This document shows positions 8,981 to 19,800 of a stretch of 64,000 nt of DNA, piece by piece. Positions within the stretch are counted from its first letter, which is position 1. Every line of letters begins with the position of its first letter. Source of the DNA: a virus (lineage: Duplodnaviria; Caudoviricetes). The position numbers were made by a program, and so were the translations under genes. The DNA lies in the IMG/VR virus record IMGVR_UViG_3300037601_000024, positions 1 to 64,000 of that record; one strand, written 5' to 3'. The notes below the pieces were generated by a model, which saw only the letters and a list, made by a program, of their open reading frames with translations, searched no databases and was not told where the DNA came from.

Positions 8981-10297
8981 ATGACAGCAACCTACGAATT
9001 CGACGCCACGTTCCAACAGAAAGTTGTGGCTATGCTCCTACGCGACGAAGTGTTTGTCGCGCGCACAGAGGGGATCATCTTCCCCGAATATTTTGACTCT
9101 GAAGCTCATTCCTGGCTGGCCGACCTCGTCGATCGCCACTTCCGCAAGTATCGACAAATCCCTTCCGGCGCCGTCGTCACGAATGAAGTCCGCAAAGGTA
9201 AGGCTTCCGGACTTCTGAAGCCGGAGTTCGTGGACGACCTCAAGGAAGTTCTCAAATACGCTTACGCGAAGCCAGACCTCTCTAACCGCGACTATACGGT
9301 TGAAGCGGTGGCCGGTTTCGCTCGTGAGCGCGCCATCGAAGAAGGTCTGTTGCGATCAGCCGACATCATCGAAAAGAAAGGCGACTTCGAAGATATCCGG
9401 AAGATCATGGGCGAAGCGCTCGACGTTGGCTCCAATGATGGAGTGGAAGCGTTTGACGCGTCTGAGAACATTGCAGACCGCGCGGACCTTCGTGCCGCTA
9501 AACTCTCATCCACAAGTCTCGGATCAGGCATCACGACCGGATGGAAAGACCTCGACAACGCCATGTATCATAAAGGGTGGGGTCGAAAGGAACTCGCCTG
9601 CATTATGGGCGGCGCGAAGTCTGGTAAGTCGATCGCCTTGCAATACTTCGCGGTCAAAGCGGCCGAAGCAGGCTACAATGTCCTGTTTGTGTCGTGTGAG
9701 AACTCCGCCGAGATCACACTCGACCGGATGGATGCCAATATCAGTGACACTCGCATGGATGAACTGGCAACCAGTCCTGCGCGGGTGAAAGCTAAGGTCA
9801 CGGACTTCTTTAAGAAATCTGGCATTCTGAAGGTACACGCATTTCCTAACGGTGTTGCGAAATGCTCGGACCTGCGCCGCCTTATCCGCAAGTATCAAAG
9901 CCAATCGGTGCTGTTCGATTTTCTCGTTGTAGACTACGCTGACGAGATGGCGCCGGAATTTCGCGAGAGCGAAGAGCGCTTCAATCTTCGCCAGATTTAC
10001 CAAGGATTACGCCGCATCTGCGTCGAAGAAAACCTCGCCGGCTTAACCGCGACACAAACCAACCGTGCCGGCGGTAAAGCGAACGTGGCTACGAAGCATG
10101 ACGTCGCTGAAGATATCAACAAAACCCGCCTGGTAGACCTGCTTATCTCGATCAACGCTGACGCCGATGAGAAAGCGCGTGGAGAGGTTCGGTTGTGGTT
10201 TGCGGCATCTCGTAACTCAGAAGACGAATGCGGCTTCCAGGCTAAGTGTAATCGCAGCACCATGCGCTTTGTCACAAAGATCATCGACAAGTTCTGA
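8981..10297 (+). CDS. dnaB: Replicative DNA helicase, DnaB/gp41 family
   Basis: Walker A GGAKSGKS, VSCEN, VVDYAD, TATQTNR, KHDVAED..K; N-terminal helical domain. Confidence 0.88.
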   Translation: MTATYEFDATFQQKVVAMLLRDEVFVARTEGIIFPEYFDSEAHSWLADLVDRHFRKYRQIPSGAVVTNEVRKGKASGLLKPEFVDDLKEVLKYAYAKPDLSNRDYTVEAVAGFARERAIEEGLLRSADIIEKKGDFEDIRKIMGEALDVGSNDGVEAFDASENIADRADLRAAKLSSTSLGSGITTGWKDLDNAMYHKGWGRKELACIMGGAKSGKSIALQYFAVKAAEAGYNVLFVSCENSAEITLDRMDANISDTRMDELATSPARVKAKVTDFFKKSGILKVHAFPNGVAKCSDLRRLIRKYQSQSVLFDFLVVDYADEMAPEFRESEERFNLRQIYQGLRRICVEENLAGLTATQTNRAGGKANVATKHDVAEDINKTRLVDLLISINADADEKARGEVRLWFAASRNSEDECGFQAKCNRSTMRFVTKIIDKF

Positions 10298-11370
10298 TGG
10301 CTAAGCTCGACGATATCGAAGTCGCGGACATTCTCGATTATGAGGGGATCGAATATCGCGAGACATCAGGGAGCTCCGGTGAGCAGCTAAACCTTCGCGA
10401 ATGTCCCACATGCGGCAACGCCAAGTACAAAGTCTACCTGAACGCTGAGACAGGCTTCGGAAACTGCTTTGTATGTGACACCAAGTTCAACCGCTGGACA
10501 TTCCTGGCAGATTATCTTGGCACTCGAGATCGAAAAGCTATCCGCGACTTCATTTCCAAAATGTCGCGGGATCTCGGCTATCGTCCTAAGAAGAAGATGA
10601 AAGTTCTGGCCGAGACAGACGATCTCCAAGCCAAGCTTCCGCAAAGCATTCCTCTCCCCGATAGGAAAGGCAGGAACTCGCCTTATCTAGAAGAGCGCGG
10701 AATTACGGGTGAATACGCCAAGCGCTTCAACCTACGGCTCTGCCAGTATGGTGCGCACACCTACATCAAAGATGGCAAAGAGATCGACCAACGATTCGAC
10801 GACCGAATCATCATCCCGGTTTTCGACCTCTATGGCGACCTGGTAACCTTCCAGGGTAGGGATATTAGTGGAAAATCTGATCGCAAATATCTGTTCCCGG
10901 CTCGCCTGCCGGCCACCGCTAGATACCTTTATAATGGTCACGAAGCGCTCGCTCTGCGAGCCACCGAAGTGATTCTATGTGAAGGTGCCTTTGACGTTAT
11001 ACCTGTAGCGAAGGCATGTGATCTCTACCCAGAGATGCACAAAGTTGTTCCGGTCGGTTCATTCGGTAAAGATTTGACCGATACGAAATCCGGTCCTGGC
11101 CAAGTCGATGCGCTACGGACGCTTAAACAGAAGGGCGCGTTGAAAGCAGTCACCATCATGTGGGATGGAGAACAGTCTGCATTACTGGCAGCATTGGATG
11201 CAGCCACGAAAATAAAAGGGATCGGGTTGAATGCAAAGATCGCGCTTCTCCCACAAGGTTGCGATCCAAACGAAGTAACTGTCACTCAAATCAGAGACAG
11301 TTACTTTAAAGCGCACAACTACTCTCGCCTGTTAGGTGTGAGATGGCGGACACACAACCCGTACAAATGA
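10297..11370 (+). CDS. DNA primase (Zn finger plus TOPRIM)
   Basis: CPTC...CFVC zinc finger, RIIIPV..GRDI..KY, CEGAFD and MWDGE TOPRIM motifs; TGATG-coupled to the helicase. Confidence 0.82.
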   Translation: MAKLDDIEVADILDYEGIEYRETSGSSGEQLNLRECPTCGNAKYKVYLNAETGFGNCFVCDTKFNRWTFLADYLGTRDRKAIRDFISKMSRDLGYRPKKKMKVLAETDDLQAKLPQSIPLPDRKGRNSPYLEERGITGEYAKRFNLRLCQYGAHTYIKDGKEIDQRFDDRIIIPVFDLYGDLVTFQGRDISGKSDRKYLFPARLPATARYLYNGHEALALRATEVILCEGAFDVIPVAKACDLYPEMHKVVPVGSFGKDLTDTKSGPGQVDALRTLKQKGALKAVTIMWDGEQSALLAALDAATKIKGIGLNAKIALLPQGCDPNEVTVTQIRDSYFKAHNYSRLLGVRWRTHNPYK

Positions 11371-11424
11371 TCTTGATTGTCACTCATCTTTGAGTATAGT
11401 CGCACTCGCAAGACGGAGTTGACA

Positions 11425-11892
11425 ATGATCCATGTGATTCGCCAAAAGCAAATCATTACACCGAATCGGTTGATGGAATTGATCGTGTTTGAAGACAAAG
11501 ACGAACAATTATTGGCGGCATACATGAAAGTTGGCCTGGCCAGACAACCGGTTAAGCTCCTGATGGGGAAAGACTATCGCGACTTCAAACGAGAGGATCG
11601 CGCCTTAGCTAACTGGAAGAAACGAGCCATATGGTTGCCTGGTAAAAAGATCAAAATCGAATCTACTTTAGCTGCAATTACAGCAGGTTATGATAATGAC
11701 GACGAAAGTCTCGATCAGATGGCTGCTGAGTTTTCTGTCAAAGCGATCAAGGGATTAGCGTTCGTCCGGAAACAGGTTGAGACGCGTCCTCTCGCCGCCG
11801 CGAAAGCGGAAGTAGCGAGAGCCAAATATTTGGAAGTTAAAGAAGAACGAGAGCAATACTATGACGGCGTAGAAGGGTCTGGCCTGTTTTAG
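11425..11892 (+). CDS. Hypothetical protein carrying the shared C-terminal tag
   Basis: ACGGAG SD before ATG 11425; ends EREQYYDGVEGSGLF. Confidence 0.65.
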   Translation: MIHVIRQKQIITPNRLMELIVFEDKDEQLLAAYMKVGLARQPVKLLMGKDYRDFKREDRALANWKKRAIWLPGKKIKIESTLAAITAGYDNDDESLDQMAAEFSVKAIKGLAFVRKQVETRPLAAAKAEVARAKYLEVKEEREQYYDGVEGSGLF

Positions 11893-12036
11893 AATATTCA
11901 CGAAAATCTATGTTATGTGGCAAACTATCGATCGCGGTAATGGTTTATTTACTTTCCGCGACCGATTGTATATCAGTGTTGACATTCAATCCAATTCCGG
12001 ATTGATGTAAACAAGTTAGCACAAGGAGGGCGTCGC

Positions 12037-12468
12037 ATGCCACGTGGTGTCGCAGGAAGACCACAGCAATCTATCAAGACGGGTGAAACATTCGCGCTCG
12101 CGGAGTGGTTCAACAAGAACGTTGATTTTCTTACTGAACTGACGAACGAAGAACTCGCAGAACAGCTCGGCTATACACGGCCGAATATCATCAGCATGTG
12201 GCGCACGGGACGCACCCGCATTCCGCTCGATCGGCTGACGAAGCTCTCAGAACTTTTGAAGGTGGATCTTTCCTTCCTTCTGCCGCTATGGGTGGAACAA
12301 TACGGCGGTGCTGAAGCCTACACAGGTGTCATGAAGATACTCCAATCATCGGTCTCAGAAAGCGAGGCTAAATTGGTTGCAGCGGCACGTGAGCACACAA
12401 AGGGACGCGACTTCAAATTAAAGGCTGGTGCTGCCAAGCAGCTTGCCGACCTAATTACGCTGAGCTAA
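12037..12468 (+). CDS. XRE/Cro-family HTH transcriptional regulator
   Basis: TNEELAEQLGYTRPNIISMWRTGRTRIP HTH; AAGGAGG SD. Confidence 0.8.
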   Translation: MPRGVAGRPQQSIKTGETFALAEWFNKNVDFLTELTNEELAEQLGYTRPNIISMWRTGRTRIPLDRLTKLSELLKVDLSFLLPLWVEQYGGAEAYTGVMKILQSSVSESEAKLVAAAREHTKGRDFKLKAGAAKQLADLITLS

Positions 12469-12541
12469 TTGTAAGTCCCACTTGATAATCTCCGGTTGTC
12501 GTGCTTAATTGTAAGCACACGGTGACAATTCGGAGGCAAGT

Positions 12542-14875
12542 ATGACTAAGAGACAATTCTCAGCCGAACAGGCAACCCTCGCAATCGAGAAAACCGCAAA
12601 GCTGTTGGCGCAAGAGAGTGTCAGTGTAACCACACGTGGCGCTCGCGCTTTCATCGAATGGCACCCATCCGGTGACATCAAGCGGATCAACCTACCAATG
12701 GTGCCTCGCGACGCTGACCAAGAGTTTTTGGACGCGCTGCAAGGCTTTTTGGATCATGAGGTAGGTCACGCTCTCAACACCGAGCCGCTGAAGGGTCGAG
12801 CGCTCGAAGATTCCCACATTAAACGCCTTGGTGTGCATCCCCAGGTTATTCGTTCGATGACGAATATCATCGAAGATGTGCGCATTGAAGACGCTATGGA
12901 AGAGCAATTCCGTGGCTGTAAGCGCAACCTCGAAGCGGTTCGCAAGTTCTTCGTCGAGCGTATGCGGCGGCCGACGCTGGATAGCATCGACCCCTCCCCT
13001 GCCGGCGACGATGAGCGTCGCGCATATATTCTCCCAATCTTCTTCCGAGCACGCGGCGGTCAGACCGCTTGTGAGCACTTCATGGATGACATGGAATTGT
13101 GGAAGTACGTCGAACCCTACGACAAATTATTTCCAGACCTGTCGGAGCGTCTTGCCGCTCTAGCGAGCACCGAAGACGCCGCAAACTTGGCGGCAGAGAT
13201 CGTCGAGCGGACGTGCGAAACCACCCCGCCGAAAGACGATGAAGCTGAGCCTGAAGATCAGCAGCAAGACGGCGAAAGCGGCGATGACCAGACTGGTGAC
13301 GAACAGGGCGAAGAACGTGAGTCCGACCAGTCGGGGGACCAAGAAACAGAGGCAGATAACAATGATGATGAAGGGGGACAGGATGACGATCCCGAGCAGA
13401 ACGAGGATGAAGGCTCATCCGATGGGGACCAGCCTGGCGATGACGACGAGGATGATGAGGGACAGAGCGGTGACGACGGTGACACTGACGACTCCGAAGC
13501 CGAACCTGAACCATCTGACGACGGCGGAGATGACGGAGATAGTGGCGAAGATCAGGGGGATGATGAAGAGCAAGACGACGCCAATTCTGACGCTTCCGAC
13601 GGAGACGATGAAGATGCCAGCGACAACTCTGAATCTGGCGACTCAGACGATGACGCCGGGGAGAATTCCGACAGCGCGAACGATGATAATGAGAGCGAGA
13701 CAGATGGGGAAGACGACGGCTCTGAGGCAGATGATAATGACAGCGAGACGGATGGATCAGAAGACACGTCTGACGGCGCCGAAAACGCTGAGAACCAAGA
13801 CCTAGACGGCGCCGACGATACTGAAGTCGATAGCAGCGAGGATCAGTCTGGCGATATCGAAGAAGTCGAGAAAATGATTATCGGCGTCGACTATGACAAG
13901 ATCGAAGACTTCGACAACTGCGCCGCAGATGAGTTTGAGCGCCTGGTTGGCGATATGGACACCAGCGACCCGTATCACATCTTCTCTCGGGACCATGACT
14001 TAATCGAGCCTGCACAAGCTTACGAGGACGCTCCCGTAAAGTATTGCGAAGACCGTGTTGAGAAAACGACTGGCGTTCTTCGAAAGGAATTACAGCGCCT
14101 AATTGCTGCACGGTCCCTCTCTCATATGGTGCCAGGCAAGCGATCGGGCCGCATTCATCCTGCGTCCCTGCACCGCCTTCGTGTCGGGGACGACCGTGTC
14201 TTTGCCAGGAAACATGAGGTTGTGACCAAAGACACGGCCGTGTCGCTCGTGGTCGATTGCTCCGGTTCGATGCACGGCGCCAAAATCCAAGTCGCGATGG
14301 AGTCCGCATGGGCGTTCTCGGACACGCTCAGCCGATTGAACGTCGATAACGAAGTTCTCGGCTTCACGACTAACCACCCGTATTATGGAAACAGTAGAGC
14401 TAAATCTTACGACCCCGTTGAGATCGAGCGCTATTGCCGGACGCTTGGAGTTTCATCGCATCGCGTCCGACAGGTTCCGCTCTACGTTCCCATCTTCAAA
14501 GCATTCGACGAGAACTTCGGGATCGAGCAGAAGCGCCGCATGGCCTCCTATCCTGAAAAAGGTCTGCAAGGCGCGAACGTGGACGGCGAGTCCGTTCGGA
14601 TTGCTGCGCACCGTTTGATGCAGCGCCGTGCGCAACGTCGCGTGATGATCGTCTTCTCTGACGGTATGCCAGCCAGCGATGTCGCCGGCGAATTGCTCGA
14701 TGCCGATCTCAGAAAGACGGTCAAAGAGCTGGAAGCCGCGAAGATCGAAACGATCGGCATCGGTATCCAGACCAAATCGGTGAAGCAATACTACCCGAAG
14801 AGCTTTGTGATCAAGAACTCCGAAGAGCTTGCGGGGACCACTCTTCGCGAGCTGAAGGCAATTCTCACAAACTAA
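12542..14875 (+). CDS. CobT-like VWA protein with N-terminal HExxH domain and long acidic linker
   Basis: HEVGH and IIEDVRIE at the N-terminus, about 215 aa D/E-rich linker, MIDAS DCSGSM and SDG in the C-terminal VWA. Confidence 0.8.
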   Translation: MTKRQFSAEQATLAIEKTAKLLAQESVSVTTRGARAFIEWHPSGDIKRINLPMVPRDADQEFLDALQGFLDHEVGHALNTEPLKGRALEDSHIKRLGVHPQVIRSMTNIIEDVRIEDAMEEQFRGCKRNLEAVRKFFVERMRRPTLDSIDPSPAGDDERRAYILPIFFRARGGQTACEHFMDDMELWKYVEPYDKLFPDLSERLAALASTEDAANLAAEIVERTCETTPPKDDEAEPEDQQQDGESGDDQTGDEQGEERESDQSGDQETEADNNDDEGGQDDDPEQNEDEGSSDGDQPGDDDEDDEGQSGDDGDTDDSEAEPEPSDDGGDDGDSGEDQGDDEEQDDANSDASDGDDEDASDNSESGDSDDDAGENSDSANDDNESETDGEDDGSEADDNDSETDGSEDTSDGAENAENQDLDGADDTEVDSSEDQSGDIEEVEKMIIGVDYDKIEDFDNCAADEFERLVGDMDTSDPYHIFSRDHDLIEPAQAYEDAPVKYCEDRVEKTTGVLRKELQRLIAARSLSHMVPGKRSGRIHPASLHRLRVGDDRVFARKHEVVTKDTAVSLVVDCSGSMHGAKIQVAMESAWAFSDTLSRLNVDNEVLGFTTNHPYYGNSRAKSYDPVEIERYCRTLGVSSHRVRQVPLYVPIFKAFDENFGIEQKRRMASYPEKGLQGANVDGESVRIAAHRLMQRRAQRRVMIVFSDGMPASDVAGELLDADLRKTVKELEAAKIETIGIGIQTKSVKQYYPKSFVIKNSEELAGTTLRELKAILTN

Positions 14876-14970
14876 TTGGCAATCATCTTTGACTATTTAC
14901 AAGTCATCCGCATATGGTATGAATTGTCAGTCAGCAATGACAATACACGGAACAAACGGAGGCATAAGCA

Positions 14971-16143
14971 ATGAGTTCTAACATCACAACACCGGATCAA
15001 GGCGTGCTGGTTCACGGTTTCGACGTCTACGTCCATTCTGTGCCGCGATATCTCGAAGACACCGACGTCACATTGGCGGAATATCAGGAAGCATACGGTT
15101 CCGACACGCCTTTGTTTTCGGAGCGCTTCAAAGCGGCGAAGGCCAAGCGCGAGGATGATCTGAAATCAGATATGACGGCAAAGGTTCACACCATGCCAGG
15201 CGCAGCTTCCAAGCAACCATTCGCCAAGCTGTTTGATCTTGGAAATGCCAAAGCAGCGAAGAACGCTCGCGGCAAAGACATCATGTGTTCAGTCGTCGCA
15301 CCGCCGACCAATTACGAAGGGTGGGTTCCAGATGTGGATCCCAATTACGTCTATCATATCGACAACCTGAAAGCGGTTATGATGGCCGCTGAGCTTGGTA
15401 TGACCATGCTGCTCTGGGGAATGCACGGTACGGGTAAAACAACGCTCGTCGAGCAATTCTGCGCACGCACAGGGCGTCCGTGGATTCGGGTGCAGCACAC
15501 CGTCTCCACAGAAGAGTCGCACATTCTGGGACAGTACGTGGTCAAAGACGGCGCAACGGTCTTTGAGCTTGGTCCCCTTGCGATCGCGATGCGTGATGGT
15601 CTGGTCTACATGGCCGACGAATATGACTTTGCGCTACCGTCTGTGACATCGGTCTATCAGCCGGTTCTCGAAGGTAAGCCGCTGGTGATCAAAGAAGCTC
15701 CGCCAGAGCTGCGGATCATCAAACCACACCCGAACTTCCGGTTCTTCGCAACCGGTAACACGAACGGCGCCGGAGATGAGACTGGTCTTTATTCCGGTAC
15801 TCAGATCATGAACGCCGCGAACTATTCGCGCTTCGGTATCACCATCGAAGTGACGTACATGCCGGCCGCTCAAGAGGTCGCAGTGGTCGCGGGTCAGGCG
15901 AAGATCCACAAGGATGACGCCGACCGCCTGGTGAAAGTCGCTAATGAAGTCCGTCGAGGCTTTGAGCGCGGTGACATGTCCGCGACGATCTCGCCTCGTG
16001 AACTCATCAATGCAGGGATGCTTGCACGTGTCATGGGCGTCGAACCTGACCTCACTAAGGGTTTGGAGCTTGCGTACTGCAACCGCCTGGACTCGACCGA
16101 CAAGAAGGCGGTGCTCGACTTCGCGCAACGCCACTTCGGTTAA
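14971..16143 (+). CDS. CobS/MoxR-type AAA+ ATPase
   Basis: GMHGTGKT, YMADEYD, HPNFRFFATGNTNG, SRF, SPRELI; adjacent to the VWA partner. Confidence 0.85.
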   Translation: MSSNITTPDQGVLVHGFDVYVHSVPRYLEDTDVTLAEYQEAYGSDTPLFSERFKAAKAKREDDLKSDMTAKVHTMPGAASKQPFAKLFDLGNAKAAKNARGKDIMCSVVAPPTNYEGWVPDVDPNYVYHIDNLKAVMMAAELGMTMLLWGMHGTGKTTLVEQFCARTGRPWIRVQHTVSTEESHILGQYVVKDGATVFELGPLAIAMRDGLVYMADEYDFALPSVTSVYQPVLEGKPLVIKEAPPELRIIKPHPNFRFFATGNTNGAGDETGLYSGTQIMNAANYSRFGITIEVTYMPAAQEVAVVAGQAKIHKDDADRLVKVANEVRRGFERGDMSATISPRELINAGMLARVMGVEPDLTKGLELAYCNRLDSTDKKAVLDFAQRHFG

Positions 16144-16243
16144 TCGAACACCCGCTTTGAGCTTATGCGCGGTGAAAAGCTCAAAGCGGGTGACCTCCTC
16201 CGTGTAGCGGTGTCCGCGCCACCGCTTCAGAAGGGATTAGAAC

Positions 16244-16828
16244 ATGATCAAGATGGGGTGCTTTGGTTCAGTGGTCGCGTTCTCGCCAAAAACGAAGACC
16301 TGCCAGGATTGTCCGGTGAACAAGCAATGCGCAGCCGAAGTGTTCAGTAAAGAGGAAACCACCTTGCAGGCTATCGAACGAAAAGAGACTGAGCGCGACA
16401 CAGAAGACGCGACCCTTTTCAGCAAGAAACACCACAAGATCGAAGACCTTCCGAATGCCGCTTACCACAAGGTGAAGCGATTTTTCGCCACCAGGCGCCG
16501 GTACTTCACCGCGAAAGCGACAGGTAAGCCGATTGGACGCGCTGCTAAAGATTACGAGGCGATGATGAAGAACGGAATCGACTTCACGATGATGCGGATG
16601 CGCCTCAACCCGTTCAAGGAAGGCGGACACTATCCGCACATGCGCAAGATCGTCGGCATCATTTTCGATCTCGAATATTTCAAAACCAAAGACGTCGCCG
16701 AAGAGCTGAAGAAGCAAGGCTACAATTCACACAAATCGACAAGCTCAACGCTGGCCAGCCGAGGTATCAAAGTCTTGGAAATGGCCGGCGTAATTAAGAA
16801 CGATGGAGGCACATATTGTCTGTCATAA
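16244..16828 (+). CDS. Hypothetical protein, Cys4 N-terminus and winged-helix-like C-terminus
   Basis: CFG...CQDCPVNKQC; C-terminal STLASRGIKVLEMAGVI. Confidence 0.55.
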   Translation: MIKMGCFGSVVAFSPKTKTCQDCPVNKQCAAEVFSKEETTLQAIERKETERDTEDATLFSKKHHKIEDLPNAAYHKVKRFFATRRRYFTAKATGKPIGRAAKDYEAMMKNGIDFTMMRMRLNPFKEGGHYPHMRKIVGIIFDLEYFKTKDVAEELKKQGYNSHKSTSSTLASRGIKVLEMAGVIKNDGGTYCLS

Positions 16829-19800
16829 TGACCATGCTGGGAGTTCGATCTCACTTTTCACTCGGTGAGAGCACTCTCAAACCCGAAGACATCAAGCGTA
16901 TCGCCAAAGAGGCAGAGCAATCGAAGGTTGTCATCTGTGACACGATGACGATCAACGCCTTGATTGAGACCTCGAAGCTCGCCGACGACACGTTTGATCC
17001 GCGCTTTGGGGTCGCCTTGCGTGTGGTCGATGATATCACCATACGCGATAAGAAGACGCGCCAGAGCATCTATTTCCCCAAAGTGTACCCTCGCAACTGG
17101 GAAGCCGTTCAAGCGCTCTTCCGCGCTGTCTCTGAGGCGCACAGAGGTGATAACTTCTACATGGTGCCGCGCATGTCCTGGGAGATGTTCTTCCGGATGC
17201 TCGAACAGGGTGACTTCACTGTCACGTCCGGTGACTTCTATGGCGTTCTGGAGCGCAAAGATGCGGTCGCAAAGTGTGAAGCCATTCGGAGTAGCGCTCG
17301 CGACTTCTACGTGGAGCTGACGCCGGTTCCGACTGGATATCACGACCGCGTCAATCAGATCGCCGCGTTTCTGGTGAAGCACGGTGACTTTAAGCCGCTC
17401 CTGTCATGGCCAACCATGTACGACAAAGATGGCCACCAATCGTTCGTGATCAATCGCGGCATCCAGAAGCGTTCGAGCTACGCCAAAGAGGTTTTCCTAA
17501 ACCAGCCGGTACACGAAGCGTACCACGCACCCTCCCCTTCTGAGCTGGTCGCTTACGTCAAAAGCGCCGCTGAACGGTTGGAGAAGATCGAGCCAGGACA
17601 CAAAGCCGTATGGAAGCAAGCAATCCTGAACCAACACGAGTTCTTCGACGCCTTGGACTATAAGTGGGAGAAGCAACCAATCGCGCTTCCAAACCTCGCT
17701 GAAGATCCCGACGAGCGCGTCAAAGAGCTTTGCGTGGCAGGTCTGAAGGAACGCATGAAGGCGCACGTGTTCGGTGAGCACATCTCTGCGGCCGATTACA
17801 AGTCAAAGTACCTTCCGCGCCTGAAGTACGAACTTGGCATCCTGAAAGACATGGGTTTTGCCGAATACTTCCTGCTCGTGGATAACCTCGTGCGCTGGTG
17901 TAAGTCGAACGGCATTCTGGTTGGACCGGGTCGTGGATCGGTCGGCGGTTCGCTGGTCGCTTATCTGATGGGGATCACAGACGTTGACCCTATCCGTTTT
18001 GGATTGATCTTTGAGCGCTTCATCAACCCTTCCCGTAATGACCTTCCTGATATCGACTTGGACTTCATGTCCACGCGGCGCCAGGAAGTGATCGACTATC
18101 TCGTCGAAGAGTTCGGCGAAGAAAAGGTTGCCGGTATCTCTAACTACGGTGTGCTTGGCTCTGCGTCTGCGATCAAGGATGTTGGCCGTGTGTATGCGCT
18201 TGATGCCGCCAAGCTGACAGTGTCGAAGTACATCCCGAAGGTTCACGGACAGCCAGTCGATCTCGCGACGGCGGAGAAGGAAGTCGCTGAAATCTCCACG
18301 CTCGCCGATGACCACCCTCAAATGTGGAAACACGCGGTCGGTCTCCAAGGCACAATGCGAAGCTACGGAAAACACGCCGCCGGCACGATCGTGGCAGGCT
18401 GCAACATCTCAGACCTGGCAATTGTCGAAAACCGATCCGGTGAGCGCACCATCAATTGGGACATGCGCGTTGCTGAAAGTATGGGACTGGTGAAGCTGGA
18501 TATCCTTGGCCTCTCCACGCTCGATACGATCGCCAGAGCGGTCGACAACATCAAGAAACGGCACTCGAAGGACGTAGACATTCTGTCTATCCCGCTCGAT
18601 GACGAAAAGACGCTGAAGGCATTCTCAGAAGGTAGAACGATCGGCGTGTTCCAGTTCGAGGGTGGTGCTGCTCGCCGCATCCTCAAAGACATGTCTAAGG
18701 TCAACACCGTTGTCTTCAATGATATTGTCGCAGCGAACGCGCTCAACCGTCCCGGTCCTATCGACGCCGGTCTGGTTGAAAAGTACGTGGACGCCAAGAA
18801 CGAGGAAGTCGAGAACGAGCTGCCTCACCCGAACATGGCTGACGCGTTGGACGAAACATACAACGTCATCGTCTATCAGGAACAGGTAATGCAGGTGGCT
18901 GTGGACTTGTGCGGCTTCTCACTCTCCGAAGCTGACACGCTCCGGAAAGCTATGGGTAAGAAAGACAAGAAACTCATGGCGAAGCTGAAGGACCAGTTCA
19001 TCGACGGGGCGGAAAGCCACTCCGGAATGGATCGTGACCTCGCCGAAGACTTGTTCGATCAGATCGAAGTGTTCGCCGGATACGCGTTCAACAAATCTCA
19101 CGCCGCAGAATACTCGCTGATCTCCTACCAGTGCATGTGGCTGAAGGTCCACTATCCGGTCGAGTTCTACGCCGCAGCGCTGTCCACGGTGAAGGAAGAC
19201 AAGCTGAAGCCGATCTTGAAGGATGCGCTTGAAGCGGGGATCGAAGTTCTGCCGCCGGATATCAATCTCTCAGAGCGCGATTTTGTGATCGCGAACGATA
19301 AGACACTCATAACACCGCTTTCACGCGTCAAGCGCGCTGCTGGACGCGCTCCAGAGGTAATCATGAGCATTCGCGCAGAAGGAAAGATTCTGAGCACTGA
19401 CGACCTCAAGAAACGTCTTACAGAGAAGAAGCTGGGACGTTGGTGTAACAAGTCGGTCATCGCGAACCTAGACGCCGTTGGTGCGTTCGCACACGTCGAG
19501 CCGGGTCAGAAACCGCCGCTCGATGACAGCCGGATCAAAGACCAACTCACTCTGATGCCTGGTCTGGTCACCCGCGTCCTGCGCGTCGATGAAAAGATCC
19601 CGCAGGACAAGCACACGAAGGCGCGCATCATCGGTTTGGTGAAGAATTACTCAGAAGCCGACGAACATGCCGTCCACTGCTCACCAGGTATCGGCAAAAG
19701 AGCTGCATTTATGGCAGTCGCCGATTGTCCCAATCATTCTGAAGAGAATGAGAAGATGTTCGCCAAAGGTCGATCATTCGATTACTGCCGAGAAGCTTTG

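Noticed and set aside
13225-13870. Tandem DNA repeat or VNTR in the acidic tract
   Set aside because: Low-complexity GAC/GAT/GAA coding without an exact repeat unit
12542-16143. Cobalamin-biosynthesis auxiliary metabolic genes
   Set aside because: No cobN or other cob genes; HExxH domain and replication-module context fit the generic phage MoxR/VWA pair
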